From NCBI GenBank assembly GCA_963718615.1, contig OY970368.1, forward strand, positions 3,520,001-3,584,000: a stretch of DNA of 64,000 bases, read 5' to 3'. Made by a program: the position numbers and the translations under genes. Below the pieces are notes generated by a model, which saw only the letters and a program-made list of their open reading frames with translations, had not been told where the DNA came from and searched no databases. Below are positions 27,476 through 38,300 of the stretch, in pieces (position 1 is the stretch's first letter; each line of letters starts with the position of its first letter). This stretch comes from an uncultured cyanobacterium (lineage in GTDB: Bacteria > Cyanobacteriota > Cyanobacteriia > PCC-9006 > JAAUQQ01).

Positions 27476-30400
27476 CTATTCCCAGGCATCTAGAGCATTG
27501 ACCCAATAATTGAGTAAGGCAATAACCTGGGATCGCCTAGCTTCAAAAGTCGCAGCGATCCAAATTAATAGCAATCCTAAAACAATGCCAATGGCCCACA
27601 AAAATAGCGAATAATCCTGAACAAATCGCCAAACCTGAATCAAAACCCTAAGCATAAACGTGAAAGTACCGATGTACAAAAAGGCGCGAATGCGAAGGGC
27701 AAGCCCCGCAAAGATGAACAGGAGGCTAAAGGCGATCGCCCCTAACCCCGCCCCAAAGGGACTCAAGTTTCCTAGGCCAATTTCTGCCTGATACATAGCC
27801 GTAAAGCAAACAATACTGGTTCCCAAAACCCGGAGCCAGTGACGCTGCTGGCGATCGGATTGCGCCTGGAGTTGAGGTTCAACCTGAGCAAAGTAGAGCA
27901 AACTACCGCCGCCTAGGAGTGCGTAAACCAAGGGTTCTGTGATGCTAAATTGATGCAAAATTCGCAGCATGGCCCAGTCGAGCAACACAATGCTGAGGTA
28001 GCTCAGCCGGACCTGACGGCGGTGCGTTGCCAAGCCTGCGTAGAAAGCGGCGACAATGAGTAATGCCTGAATTCTAATATCCCAGCTTGTCAGTAAGACG
28101 GTGATCATCGGCAACAACATCGCCCAGCGTCGCCAGGGGCGCAGATTCCAACCGAGGCGTTGCCACGGCAACCCGTAAAGCAACGCCGCGATCGGGCAGG
28201 CGATCGCCCCGGCCCATGCCAATAGGACCGGCCAAGGACACCCTAAATGGATCCCGTAGCCTAAGGCGGATAGCAGTTGTATAATCCCCAGATCCGTCCA
28301 GCCGGAGCCCGCCTGCCTGGCCTGCCCTAGGGCATGGAGTCCAAGCAGCACCAATCCTCCCATCCAAAGCAGGCCCCCCGTTCCACTCAAGGGCAACAGC
28401 AGGGCCAGCAGGGCCAAGCCGCTGCCGATCCCCCAGTGAATCTGGGCAAAGACCCGCAGTTCTCCTGTTTCCCAGCGCAGGTAGGGACGAAGCCAGCGGG
28501 AGCAGAGGCGATCGCCCCAGGCAATTCCCACCGCCAGTAGTGCTAACAACATGACCCCATCGCCCGCAGCACCTCCAGGAGATCGGGAGAGTTGGTAGAT
28601 CAAGAGTTCGTAGAACCCAATCGAGCTGAGAATGAGGCCAATGTAACTAAAGGGTTTGAGCGTCGGTCGCCGCCGACCGACGCCCACGCCAACAGCCGCA
28701 GCCGCTAGGGTCAACAAGCCTGTGGTAGCCGTGAAATGGTGATGACCGATGAGTCCTCCCAGAATGGCATAGAGGATCGGCACACTGTGCCCAGCGCCTA
28801 GAAACGCGGGCTGTGGACAATCGGGACGCGAATGGCGCTGGATTCGGGCCTGCCAAAAATCACCCAGCCAAAAATCACCTAAGCGTTGCAAGAGCACCGC
28901 AAAGCTGAGATAGGCGATCGCCAATCCAGTCGCCCCTTGTCCTGCAAGGTGTACAACGACGGCCATGAGTGAAGCTAAGGCGATCGCCCCTCCATGGGCA
29001 TTCCAATTATTCGGAGCTCGCCAACAACTTAAAGCTAAAGCCAGGGTAGGCAAAAACGCCACCCCAAAATAAAGCGTATCCTCCTCAAAAAAGCCAAAGA
29101 ATGAACTGTCAAAATAGGCAAACAGATTGAAGATGAGCAAACCCAATTGAAGCGGGATAAAGAGGGCGATCGCCCAACCATTAGCAGCCCGTCGATAGAG
29201 GCCAATCAGTTCAGATTGGCGAGTTTGCATTGCGGTCCAAAAGAACCACAGTCCAGCGGTTTCAATGGCCATCAACAAAAGCAGCGATTCCCCATTCCCA
29301 CCCAGCGCAAGGCTCCGCTCCACCCCATACCAACCGGTGGCTAATCCAAACCCGATGGCGATCGCCGCCACGGGAAGTTTGCGCAATTGTAAACTGTTGA
29401 TTCCGGTTAAAAGGGCTCCCAGCCCATAGCCCACAATGCGGTAGGGGGATAATCCTATGCTCATGACCTGGGCAAAAATCACGGCAAACACTGCAAGGGT
29501 TTGCGTCGTGCGAGGGCTCAAGCAACGAGGGGATCGAGCCATTAAAACCATAAAGGCGGGTGCAATCCACCAGGCCATTCCCAGGGCTGACCTCGGCGAA
29601 GCCAATGGTTCGACTAGCAACAAAACATAGCTCAAGCCTGCAAAGATAAAACCGAAGACCCAGGCACTGCGTCGCCAGAGAACAGGTCTTGCCGTTACCG
29701 TCTCGAACCGGTCCGCGAACAGCACCTCAAATATGGACTCCGGCAACACACTGAAGCTCCATTCTATCGCCATGGCACCGAGGGCAATGAATCCCCAAAT
29801 TAGGCGAGGGAGCCCTGACCAACCGATATGAATCCAGCTAAAAATAGCGCCCCAGACCAAGGCTTGAATGAGATAGACAACCCAATTCGGAACCGCTGGC
29901 CGCCGTCGAATTGAAACGCCTAACAGGATCGCAGAAAGCGTCAGATTGAGGGCGCGAATCAACGGATTAGCAACGCTAAAAAGGGTCAGCCCACAACCCA
30001 AGACAAAGGCAAGAAAATCAGCTTGGGTTGCCAGTTGAATCAAGTTTTGTCGCCGTAATCGTCGACTCCAAAGGGCAAACAGGATCAAATAGGGGAACAC
30101 CGTCACACCCACGATCGCAAACGGCATGCCTGCATCTCCCGCGATCGCCCCAATCTTCTCGACCCAGCCATCCCGCACCGTCAGTGGCACAAATCGTCGC
30201 GCCAACCAAATCCCTTGCAAGCCCACCAAAAAGATCAGCGTCAGATCCAGCGGTAGCCGCAACCGTTTTAGGCGATCGCCCAACAATCCCAACGCCAGCA
30301 CCGTCACGACCACCGGCTGCCCCGGCGGATCCACCCTCAGCGACACCGCCCAGCCCAAAACCATTAAGCCGTATCCTGCTGCCAACCACAAACCTTGGGT

Positions 30401-31399
30401 GGGTTGACGACGTGCGCGCCAAGCCAACACCGCACCACAGAGGCCCAGGGCTAATCCCAACTGCCAGAGGGGGATCTGAGCTGCCAGCAGCGCCCGTCCC
30501 ACCAGCAACAATGCGCCAAACAACAAATTTAAGGTGACAAACGAAGGGGTAGAACCTGAGTTAACGGCTGAATTGGCCCCCTGCGGATCTGCCGATTCCC
30601 CCTGGGCCTCCGCTTCCGAGTCAGCATAGACCGTGGCGATCGCCGTTCCCACCATGCCCGTATAGGTCGCCAACAGGGGCCAAATCGCCACCGCCCAGCC
30701 CCAATGGAGCAGACTGAGGGCGATCGCATTCGTCAAGACTAGCTTGGGATAAGGGGTTTGGTGAAGTCGCGGGCGCAATAGTTTCAGCAGGACAAGTGTG
30801 AGGGCGATCGCCCCTACGCCCGCAACGACCCAGCCCAGGGGCCAGCGCCAAAGTCCAAATCCATCCATGGCCCAAAAGTTAATCGGCACCAGCAACAACG
30901 TCACCCGCTGGAGCATTTTGGCCGTTAGCACCAGATTAGCCTGTCGTCCGGCCCAGAGTCCCGCCCCCCAAAAGGCCAGGGTATAGGTCAGCAGAACTAG
31001 ATATTGCCCCACAGCGGAGAAATTTTGCCACTGGCTGGCGGCCAAGACCGCTGAGGACACAACAACCAGAAAAACCCCTAGAAACAGCAACCACAGTACG
31101 CTGACTTCTTCCATCAAGGATTGCAGCCAGCGATTCAGCGGTGCGACGGGCCGGGGCAGAGAAGGCGCTAGAGCGATTGGCTCGGAAACGACTTTGGAGA
31201 CAACTACAGGAACGATCTCCTGAACTTCCTGTTCTGGCAACGGGCAACTGAGCTGTTCTTGAGCGATTTTTTGGACGAGAAAGTCAGAAATTAGGCCCAA
31301 CTTAACCCAAGCATCCAAGCCCTCCAGGAGATGAGGATCAGAGGCACGGGCATGAACGGTGATGGCAATTGTTCGGTCGAGGGGAGAGGCCATGGGCAA
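27476..31399 (-). CDS. Large polytopic membrane protein (DUF2157-like)
   Basis: LEGLDAWVKLGLIS, WLLFLGVFLVVVSSAVLAASQW; very many TM segments. Confidence 0.75.
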   Translation of the reverse strand: MPMASPLDRTIAITVHARASDPHLLEGLDAWVKLGLISDFLVQKIAQEQLSCPLPEQEVQEIVPVVVSKVVSEPIALAPSLPRPVAPLNRWLQSLMEEVSVLWLLFLGVFLVVVSSAVLAASQWQNFSAVGQYLVLLTYTLAFWGAGLWAGRQANLVLTAKMLQRVTLLLVPINFWAMDGFGLWRWPLGWVVAGVGAIALTLVLLKLLRPRLHQTPYPKLVLTNAIALSLLHWGWAVAIWPLLATYTGMVGTAIATVYADSEAEAQGESADPQGANSAVNSGSTPSFVTLNLLFGALLLVGRALLAAQIPLWQLGLALGLCGAVLAWRARRQPTQGLWLAAGYGLMVLGWAVSLRVDPPGQPVVVTVLALGLLGDRLKRLRLPLDLTLIFLVGLQGIWLARRFVPLTVRDGWVEKIGAIAGDAGMPFAIVGVTVFPYLILFALWSRRLRRQNLIQLATQADFLAFVLGCGLTLFSVANPLIRALNLTLSAILLGVSIRRRPAVPNWVVYLIQALVWGAIFSWIHIGWSGLPRLIWGFIALGAMAIEWSFSVLPESIFEVLFADRFETVTARPVLWRRSAWVFGFIFAGLSYVLLLVEPLASPRSALGMAWWIAPAFMVLMARSPRCLSPRTTQTLAVFAVIFAQVMSIGLSPYRIVGYGLGALLTGINSLQLRKLPVAAIAIGFGLATGWYGVERSLALGGNGESLLLLMAIETAGLWFFWTAMQTRQSELIGLYRRAANGWAIALFIPLQLGLLIFNLFAYFDSSFFGFFEEDTLYFGVAFLPTLALALSCWRAPNNWNAHGGAIALASLMAVVVHLAGQGATGLAIAYLSFAVLLQRLGDFWLGDFWQARIQRHSRPDCPQPAFLGAGHSVPILYAILGGLIGHHHFTATTGLLTLAAAAVGVGVGRRRPTLKPFSYIGLILSSIGFYELLIYQLSRSPGGAAGDGVMLLALLAVGIAWGDRLCSRWLRPYLRWETGELRVFAQIHWGIGSGLALLALLLPLSGTGGLLWMGGLVLLGLHALGQARQAGSGWTDLGIIQLLSALGYGIHLGCPWPVLLAWAGAIACPIAALLYGLPWQRLGWNLRPWRRWAMLLPMITVLLTSWDIRIQALLIVAAFYAGLATHRRQVRLSYLSIVLLDWAMLRILHQFSITEPLVYALLGGGSLLYFAQVEPQLQAQSDRQQRHWLRVLGTSIVCFTAMYQAEIGLGNLSPFGAGLGAIAFSLLFIFAGLALRIRAFLYIGTFTFMLRVLIQVWRFVQDYSLFLWAIGIVLGLLLIWIAATFEARRSQVIALLNYWVNALDAWE

Positions 31400-31504
31400 T
31401 TCTCCGCGAGCGAGGAAGTTGCCTTAGGATGCGTTATCGTTCGGGGAACTGACTATCGTCGGGGTGACAGTTTGGCAACTGATTAAGTTCCGGAAAGCGC
31501 AGGG

Positions 31505-31672
31505 TTAAGATTTTTTATCTTCACTAATTTTAATGGTGAGGTTTTTATCAACGACTAAGCTAATGCTACCTTCTGCTTTTTTCTCGGGAGCAGGCTTAGC
31601 AGATTTGGTTAAATCAAGCGAGAAGAGAGTCACAAAAACAGCAGCAAGAAGAACAGGCGCAAGACTTCCCAT
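31505..31672 (-). CDS. Small 55-aa protein with hydrophobic N-terminus (below the ORF-track cut-off)
   Basis: Manual translation MGSLAPVLLAAVFVTLFSLDLTKSAKPAPEKKAEGSISLVVDKNLTIKISEDKKS*; GAGG 5 nt upstream of ATG. Confidence 0.55.
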   Translation of the reverse strand: MGSLAPVLLAAVFVTLFSLDLTKSAKPAPEKKAEGSISLVVDKNLTIKISEDKKS

Positions 31673-31850
31673 ATCAACCTCAACGCATAGAAAAGGGTAG
31701 GAGACTCAAGAACGGAGTGAGTCTTTCAATTCTTTCCTGAGCTTACGTGCTGCGTATAATGACTGACCTCTGTATTGAGGTGAATTTACATAATCTCAAT
31801 CTTAGATACGGCTTTAGGATAAACGCTTCGTGAAGCCGCTTAAATACTTG

Positions 31851-31878
31851 GGAGGGACATGGCGTACCCTGTCCCTCC
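31851..31878 (-). terminator. Hairpin downstream of heme oxygenase
   Basis: GGAGGGACA...TGTCCCTCC perfect 9-bp stem 30 nt after the stop codon. Confidence 0.55.
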
Positions 31879-31908
31879 TGTTGCGCTAGATTACGCTCGG
31901 TAAAACAA

Positions 31909-32631
31909 TTAGCTAGCCGTAGCCGCAGGCTGCTCGGTACTGCCCTGACCCCGACGACGGGTCAATGCATTGAACACAGCAACGCCAATGGCTTTGATCA
32001 AATTGCCCTCAAGCTCCTTGAACATGGTCATGTTCATGCCAAAGGCATCATTGGCCTCATCCACAATGCGCTCTGCGGTCGCTTGATCAATCGGCAATTC
32101 ATTCATTGCCGCACGATAGGTATTTTTAAACGCCTTCTCGTCGTCGATCGCTTCAAATTCGTAAAACGCCGTCCCGTTGCCATCGCTCAAATTCATGCCG
32201 TTCTGAGCAATCTTCTTGAGGATTTGTCCCCCAGATAGGTCACCCAAATACCGGGTATAGGCATGGGCAACAAGTAACTCAGGAGATTCCTGGGCCACCT
32301 GATGAATGCGATTGACATAGGCTTGAGCCGCCGGAGAAGGCTTCACCTGACTTTGCCAATGATTACCGAAATAATATTGCAGATCCCGCTCTAAACTCGC
32401 TTTTCGATTGAGCACAGGAAAATAAAGCTTGGCAATGACCGGGTGCTCCTTTAGCCGCTCAAACTCTTCCTCCATTGCCGAATAGACAAAGTAGAGATTA
32501 GTTACCAAAGTGCGATAGGAATTCTTCTCAACCGTACCTTTCAAAAAGCAGGCCACAAACCCCGTATTTTCTGCCATCGTGTGGGATTTTTTTGTCCCTT
32601 CCCGAAGCATCGTCGCCAAATTAACGCTCAT
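31909..32631 (-). CDS. ho1: Heme oxygenase (biliverdin-producing)
   Basis: LREGTKKSHTMAEN, AHAYTRYLGDLSGGQIL, EANDAFGMN. Confidence 0.95.
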   Translation of the reverse strand: MSVNLATMLREGTKKSHTMAENTGFVACFLKGTVEKNSYRTLVTNLYFVYSAMEEEFERLKEHPVIAKLYFPVLNRKASLERDLQYYFGNHWQSQVKPSPAAQAYVNRIHQVAQESPELLVAHAYTRYLGDLSGGQILKKIAQNGMNLSDGNGTAFYEFEAIDDEKAFKNTYRAAMNELPIDQATAERIVDEANDAFGMNMTMFKELEGNLIKAIGVAVFNALTRRRGQGSTEQPAATAS

Positions 32632-32771
32632 ATTAAAATCCCAATCTCAGAAACTAAGAAAGTTCAGAAACGAATCCGAATTTAAAAACCACCTAGTCTG
32701 TTAACGTAAAACGATTTGAGAACGCTTAGCATTAAGAATCGTAAAAAATTACAGATTGTTACAATCACCGC

Positions 32772-33059
32772 TCAGAATTGGCGTCGCTGGGGACTGGGCA
32801 AGGCGTCTTGGACCTGGTAACTCACCGCCCGTTGAGGGGAACGCTGGGACGGTTGCTGCCGCCGCTGCAGGCGTTGTTGGCGACGACGGGTGCGATCGCG
32901 ATCCTCCCGACGGGCCACAAAATAACCCAGTCCGCCCATCGCCACAACACTCAGCACCATGGCCCAGCTCTCCCAAAGACGAGGGTCAAACAATTCATCC
33001 GTGGGGCTATAAACGACCATTGATCTTCCCTGAACTCGACGGATTTCAACGGATTTCAA
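32772..33059 (-). CDS. Small hypothetical single-TM protein
   Basis: One hydrophobic segment followed by an Arg/Gln-rich tail; fills the metF-ho1 gap on the same strand. Start uncertain. Confidence 0.45.
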   Translation of the reverse strand: MKSVEIRRVQGRSMVVYSPTDELFDPRLWESWAMVLSVVAMGGLGYFVARREDRDRTRRRQQRLQRRQQPSQRSPQRAVSYQVQDALPSPQRRQF

Positions 33060-33093
33060 TGGTACTGGCTAGTGGCGGATTCTGGGCGCTGGC

Positions 33094-34062
33094 TTAGACT
33101 AAGCTCGGCGTTGGGGGCCTTAGATCCGCAGAACGGGAGGCTTCCCGTCGAGGCGGTGCTGGGATGAGAGGCGCAATGCCGGCCTGGTCCAGAATGGCGG
33201 GAATGAGATCCTCTCGTTTGACCGCCATCAGGTGAACCCCTTGACAGAGATCTTTGGCGAAACGGACCTGCTCGGCAGCGATCGCCACCCCCTCCGCCAG
33301 GGGATCCTTGGCCTGGGCCAACCGGTTGATCAGGGAGTCCGGAATATTGACACCGGGCACATAGCGATTAATAAATTGGGCATTTTTAGCAGATTTCAGC
33401 AGAAAAATTCCCGCCAAAATGGGTTGGCCTGCGGGCTGAGCCACTTGGGTCATAAAGGCTTCCAGGCGATCGAAATCCGTAATCATCTGGCTCTGGAAAA
33501 ACTGGGCACCCGCCGCAATTTTGCGCTCAAACCGGCGCTGAAGCGAGGAAAAACTGGCCAGTTGCGGATCCACGGCTGCGCCTGCGAGCAGATCCGTGGC
33601 TCCATCGGTCAGGGGTTGATCACTCCAGTCGCTGCCCCCATTGAGCTTGCGGATGAGCTGTAGCAGCCGCACAGACTCTAGCTCGAACACGGCCCTTGCA
33701 TCGGGCTGGTCTCCGGCTTTGACCGGGTCACCCGTGAGCGCCAAAATATTGCGCAATCCCAGGGCATGGGCTCCGAGCAGATCCGCCTGGAGGGCAATGC
33801 GATTGCGATCGCGACAAGTCACCTGGCAAATCGCCTCCACCCCATTGTGCTGGAGCAACAGACAGGACGCCAGCGAAGACATCCGCAGGACGGCGCGACT
33901 ACCATCGGTGACATTGACCGCATGGACCCGGTCCTTGAGTCGCAGCGCCATGTCCAACATATGGGCGGGGTTGCCGCCTTTGGGGGGAGCAACTTCGGCG
34001 GTGAGCAGAAAATCACCCTGCTGAATCGCCTGTCGCAAGCGCTGGGGAATCGGTAAGGTCAT
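33094..34062 (-). CDS. metF: Methylenetetrahydrofolate reductase
   Basis: TAEVAPPKG, NVTDGSRA, CRDRNRIALQ, LTGDP, AGAQFFQSQ. Confidence 0.93.
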   Translation of the reverse strand: MTLPIPQRLRQAIQQGDFLLTAEVAPPKGGNPAHMLDMALRLKDRVHAVNVTDGSRAVLRMSSLASCLLLQHNGVEAICQVTCRDRNRIALQADLLGAHALGLRNILALTGDPVKAGDQPDARAVFELESVRLLQLIRKLNGGSDWSDQPLTDGATDLLAGAAVDPQLASFSSLQRRFERKIAAGAQFFQSQMITDFDRLEAFMTQVAQPAGQPILAGIFLLKSAKNAQFINRYVPGVNIPDSLINRLAQAKDPLAEGVAIAAEQVRFAKDLCQGVHLMAVKREDLIPAILDQAGIAPLIPAPPRREASRSADLRPPTPSLV

Positions 34063-34247
34063 AAATAGAAAGTTAGAGGGTTAATTCGCGTTAATCAATT
34101 GGCAATAGAGCGTTCTGCTAAAGTCCTTTGCGAGTTAAATCGGCAAAGATCTTTTGTCAGTGTAGGTCGAGGATAGGGCGATCGCCGCTTAGGGGGTCGC
34201 TGACTTGCAGAAAATTGATACGGATTATAGCGATCGCTCCCGTAAGT

Positions 34248-35258
34248 TTAGAGCGGCTTCATAAAGCCCATGGCGGTTTTGACTCGTTCTAGGGTGACAC
34301 TGGCGACGGCATTGGCCCGTTCTCGTCCGTCTCGGAGAACCCCGTCTAAGTAGGGGCGATCGCCCATGACCGTTTGATATTTTTCCTGAATAGGAGCCAG
34401 AGCACTGATCAGCGTTTCGGTGAGCAGGGGTTTAAATTGTCCCCAACCCATCTCCGCACATTCAGCAGCAACGGCATCCCGAGACTGGCCCGAGAACAAC
34501 TGGTAGAGGCTGAGTAAATTATGACATTCCGGGCGATCGGGATTGTCAAATTCGAGGCCCCGCTGGGGGTCGGTCTTGCATTTCTTGATTTTCTTTTGGA
34601 TCAGCTCCGGGGAATCCGTCAGGTCGATGCGGCTCAGTTCCGACGGATCGGATTTAGACATTTTCTTTGTGCCATCGCTCAAGCTCATGACCCTGGCCCC
34701 CGCTTTTTGGATCAAGGGCTCAGGCACCTTGAGGAGCGGCGTGTCCGGTTGACCAAAGAGAAAATTGACCCGATTGGCAATATCCCGCGTCAGCTCTAGG
34801 TGCTGCTTTTGGTCTTCTCCCACGGGGACGACATCGGGTTCGTAGAGCAAAATATCGGCAGCCTGGAGGATGGGATAGCCCTGGAGCCCCACGCTGACGT
34901 TTTCTCCCTGTTTGATGGCTTTTTCCTTAAACTGAATCATCCGCTCTAGCCAGTTGAGCGGCGTAATGCAGTTAAACAACCAGGCCAATTCGCTGTGGGC
35001 GGAGAGCTGCGATTGGACAAAAATGGTCGATCGCGTCGGGTCAATCCCACAGGCAATATAGGTCGCGGCAACCTGGCGAACATTATCAGCGAGCTGGGCC
35101 GGATCGTGGGGCACCGTGATCGCATGCAAATCAGCCATGAAGAGATAACAGTCATAGTCCGCCTGAAGCTGGACCCAGTTGCGAATTGCACCCAAATAAT
35201 TGCCCAGGTGCAAATTGCCGGTGGGCTGAACCCCAGAGAGAATACGAGGCTGTGTCAT
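34248..35258 (-). CDS. trpS: Tryptophan--tRNA ligase
   Basis: PTGNLHLGNYLG (HIGH), VPVGEDQKQH, KMSKS. Confidence 0.98.
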   Translation of the reverse strand: MTQPRILSGVQPTGNLHLGNYLGAIRNWVQLQADYDCYLFMADLHAITVPHDPAQLADNVRQVAATYIACGIDPTRSTIFVQSQLSAHSELAWLFNCITPLNWLERMIQFKEKAIKQGENVSVGLQGYPILQAADILLYEPDVVPVGEDQKQHLELTRDIANRVNFLFGQPDTPLLKVPEPLIQKAGARVMSLSDGTKKMSKSDPSELSRIDLTDSPELIQKKIKKCKTDPQRGLEFDNPDRPECHNLLSLYQLFSGQSRDAVAAECAEMGWGQFKPLLTETLISALAPIQEKYQTVMGDRPYLDGVLRDGRERANAVASVTLERVKTAMGFMKPL

Positions 35259-35304
35259 GGATCGCGGAAGTCAAAGTCGTAAATGAGCATAGACCTAAAC
35301 GGGG

Positions 35305-38300
35305 CTAATTGCGTACCAGTTGAGGCCAGGGAATCATCGGGTCTTCCGCCAGGTGGTTAGAAACGTCTCTAGCGCCATAGCGGTTGAGATGGCTCGGATC
35401 CGAGAAATTTCCAAAGGCATCCGGCCAAAGCTGGGAGAGGTCGCGGAAGGTGAGCTGTTGCTGGGTCATCCGCTGGAACATATGGCGCTGAAATAGGCGC
35501 TCGTAGCGCGATCGCACCGGATCCAGATAGTCCGTGGTTAGGGGCAAATTGACAAATACCAGGGGAATATTTTGCGAGCGCGTAATTTGCACAATATTCT
35601 CAAGGGCCGACATTTGCCCCCCATCCAAGCGAAAGTCTTGGTAATCCCCATCATAGGCACCGCTAACGCGAGAATAGCGCTGATAGTAGGTGGCAGGATT
35701 AAACCGAACTGACAGGGACATAAAGCCATCGAAGTCGATAATGCCTTCTCCCTCGGGCGCATCGGGCACCATCTCGGCATGGTTAAAGGGACCGAGACCG
35801 GCATTTTTTTGTAAATCCGAGAGGCTGCGGGCAAACCGGGCGGAGAGGGCCTCTTGGATGCGATCGCGCTGACCATGGACAGAAGACAATCCCCCCATCT
35901 GTTCATCCAGCCAATCATCGAGGTCCTGGCTATTAAACCGCTGGGTCAGCCACGACAGTTTTGGTCCATCGGCTTCAGGGGCTAACCGCAGTTGGTTGGC
36001 GACCCCTTCCCCAAACAGGGCGGGAAGCTTGCCCTTTTCCAATTTGCGAAAGGCGGGGGAATCTTGAATGGCTTCATAGGTGGCATCGGAGCGACCGCTA
36101 TTAAAAGCCCGCGCCCCGTCGGCCCAGAGGACTAAACCTGGACGATAGTCTGGGTCGAGCAACAGCAGCAATTGGAGCTCGACCACCTGAGCCGTGGACC
36201 CATTAATACTGAAGTTAAAGATTTTCAGATCCGGGTGACCCAGCTTGGTGAGCCCCGCTGCCAGGGTACTGGGGTCAATGCCCCGTAGCGCCCGCGAACT
36301 GCCCAAAATCAGGATGTCGGGGGGACCTTCGGTCATGACCCGCTGACGATAGAGAGCGAGCTTTTCGTCAAATAGCGAATTGTTAAAACTGGGATATTCC
36401 CGCTGAAGCGCTAGGACTTGCTGAGTCTGAGCCGCTCGCAGGGAGCCCTGGGTAAACTTTGTTGAGCTGAAGGCAGACCCCGTTTCTGATTTTTGCAACA
36501 GGGCATCGCCGAGGGCGTCGGGATTGGCCGCTAAATCGATCACGGCAGGGTCGGTTCCCGTCAGATGATGCAAGGTCTGCCCGCCTACCAGGTCGGTACT
36601 AACCGCCGCCAGAAGTCCAAGACTGGCCCAAATGAGAGCCACTTTGCCAGGGGAAAACCAGCCGGGGCGGGAGGGGTCGGGAACAGCCGCATCTTCCAGG
36701 GGCGGCAGCAGGGATGCTGCTGGGGCAAAGAGCTGGGTTTTGAGCAATAGCTGTCGACTATTTTCTACGAAGCTCTTTAGCCCAAATCCAACCCCTTGGC
36801 CCGACCCCGCCAGCGATCGCGTCATCGGCCAGGGCGATCGCTCCGCGCCAATCTCCGCCCCATCTTGGGTTAACAGATCATGGCCCCGCGCCTCTGTCAC
36901 CGCAAACTGGGGCACCGCATCCCCCCCATCGGTCTGCCGAGGCACAAAATCTCGGCCATATTGCCAGCGGGGCTGTACCTGACCGGCCCGTCGTCCGTAG
37001 ATACGCACCCCTGAGACCTTGGGCAACCGCAGTTGGCGGATATATTTGGCGATCGGACGACCCACGGTCTTGCGACGCGGACAGAGGGGCGCATCGCACA
37101 TGACATGGAGGAGATCCCCTCGGCGCAAAAGCTGCACCCGGATGCCCCCGGTTTGAAGCTGCCGGTCTAGATCGGCATTAAGCACCCGACTGAGTAAAAA
37201 TGTGGCAGCGGCCAGATCGCCCCGCTCCGCCAATTCCAGCGTGGGTTCTGCCAATTCGGGGTGATCCGCCCCCGGTAACGCCAGCCACTCGACCCATTGG
37301 TGGCGATCGCCCACCGCCGGTTTCTCAACCCCAGATCCCTCACAGCCGTAGATCGTCGCCGCATGGAGTCCTTGAGGGGCCAGTTCTTCTAGGACTGGGG
37401 CGATCGCCCCACGCACCTGGTTTGAATCCAAGGGGGTTTGCGTCGTGGCACGACAAAAAATTTGCAGAGCCTTTTGTTTCGCCTGCACCGTCACCGTTCC
37501 CCCCAGGTCTTGGAGAACGGGTTCTAGCAAACGCTCGATCGCCTCCCCGTCCCCCCACCGCGCCCACTGGCGCAGTAACTCCTGCTTGGGGGTCAGATCA
37601 ATCCGCAGTGCCCAATCCGGTTGGGGTTCGCCTCGCACCTGACTAAACACTGCCGCATCCTGGAATCCATCGAGGTCGAGGGATCGCAAGTGTGTCACCA
37701 CCCAATCCGCTACGATGGCCGGATCCAGGCTATAGCTCGATTCACACAACACCCAAAGGCGCTGGGCATCCCCCAAGGAAACCGCCCCATCGGAACTCGC
37801 CGACTTCACCGCCACTCGCACCGAAATCCCCAGGTCGCTGAGCATTTCGCTGAGATAGCGGGCGATCGCCTCCGGTTCCCCCTGCTGGGCTCGGTTGCGG
37901 CTCGACAAGCGCAATGAGCCAACCCCTTTGGCGGTTTGTGCGGTTGGAGTGTGTGCGGCTGGAATTTGCTCGGGGGGAGTTCGCTCAGGGGGAGTCGGTA
38001 TCGACGATGGCGTCTCCAGGGCCTTGGCCAACGGTGCAAAGGGAGAGGCCAAAAGCGCCGCTGCGGTCAAAGACTCCGGGTCTGATCCCGGTTGCGCCGA
38101 ATTTTGGGGCTGGGCCTTGTGCGGGATGGGATGCTGGACCTGAGCCTGTTGTTGAGTCTGGCGCTGCTGTTTTAACCAGTGCTTGACCTGATCCAACTGC
38201 TGCGGATCCAGAGGCTGACTCCATTGGGCATGGCGATCGCCCCGACTGCGGCCATAGACCAAAACTCGATAAATGGGCGGCGTTGAGAGCTTGAGACGCC

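Noticed and set aside
32640-32770. NtcA box upstream of ho1
   Set aside because: GTA...TAC spacing does not fit GTA-N8-TAC; only a generic AT-rich promoter region.
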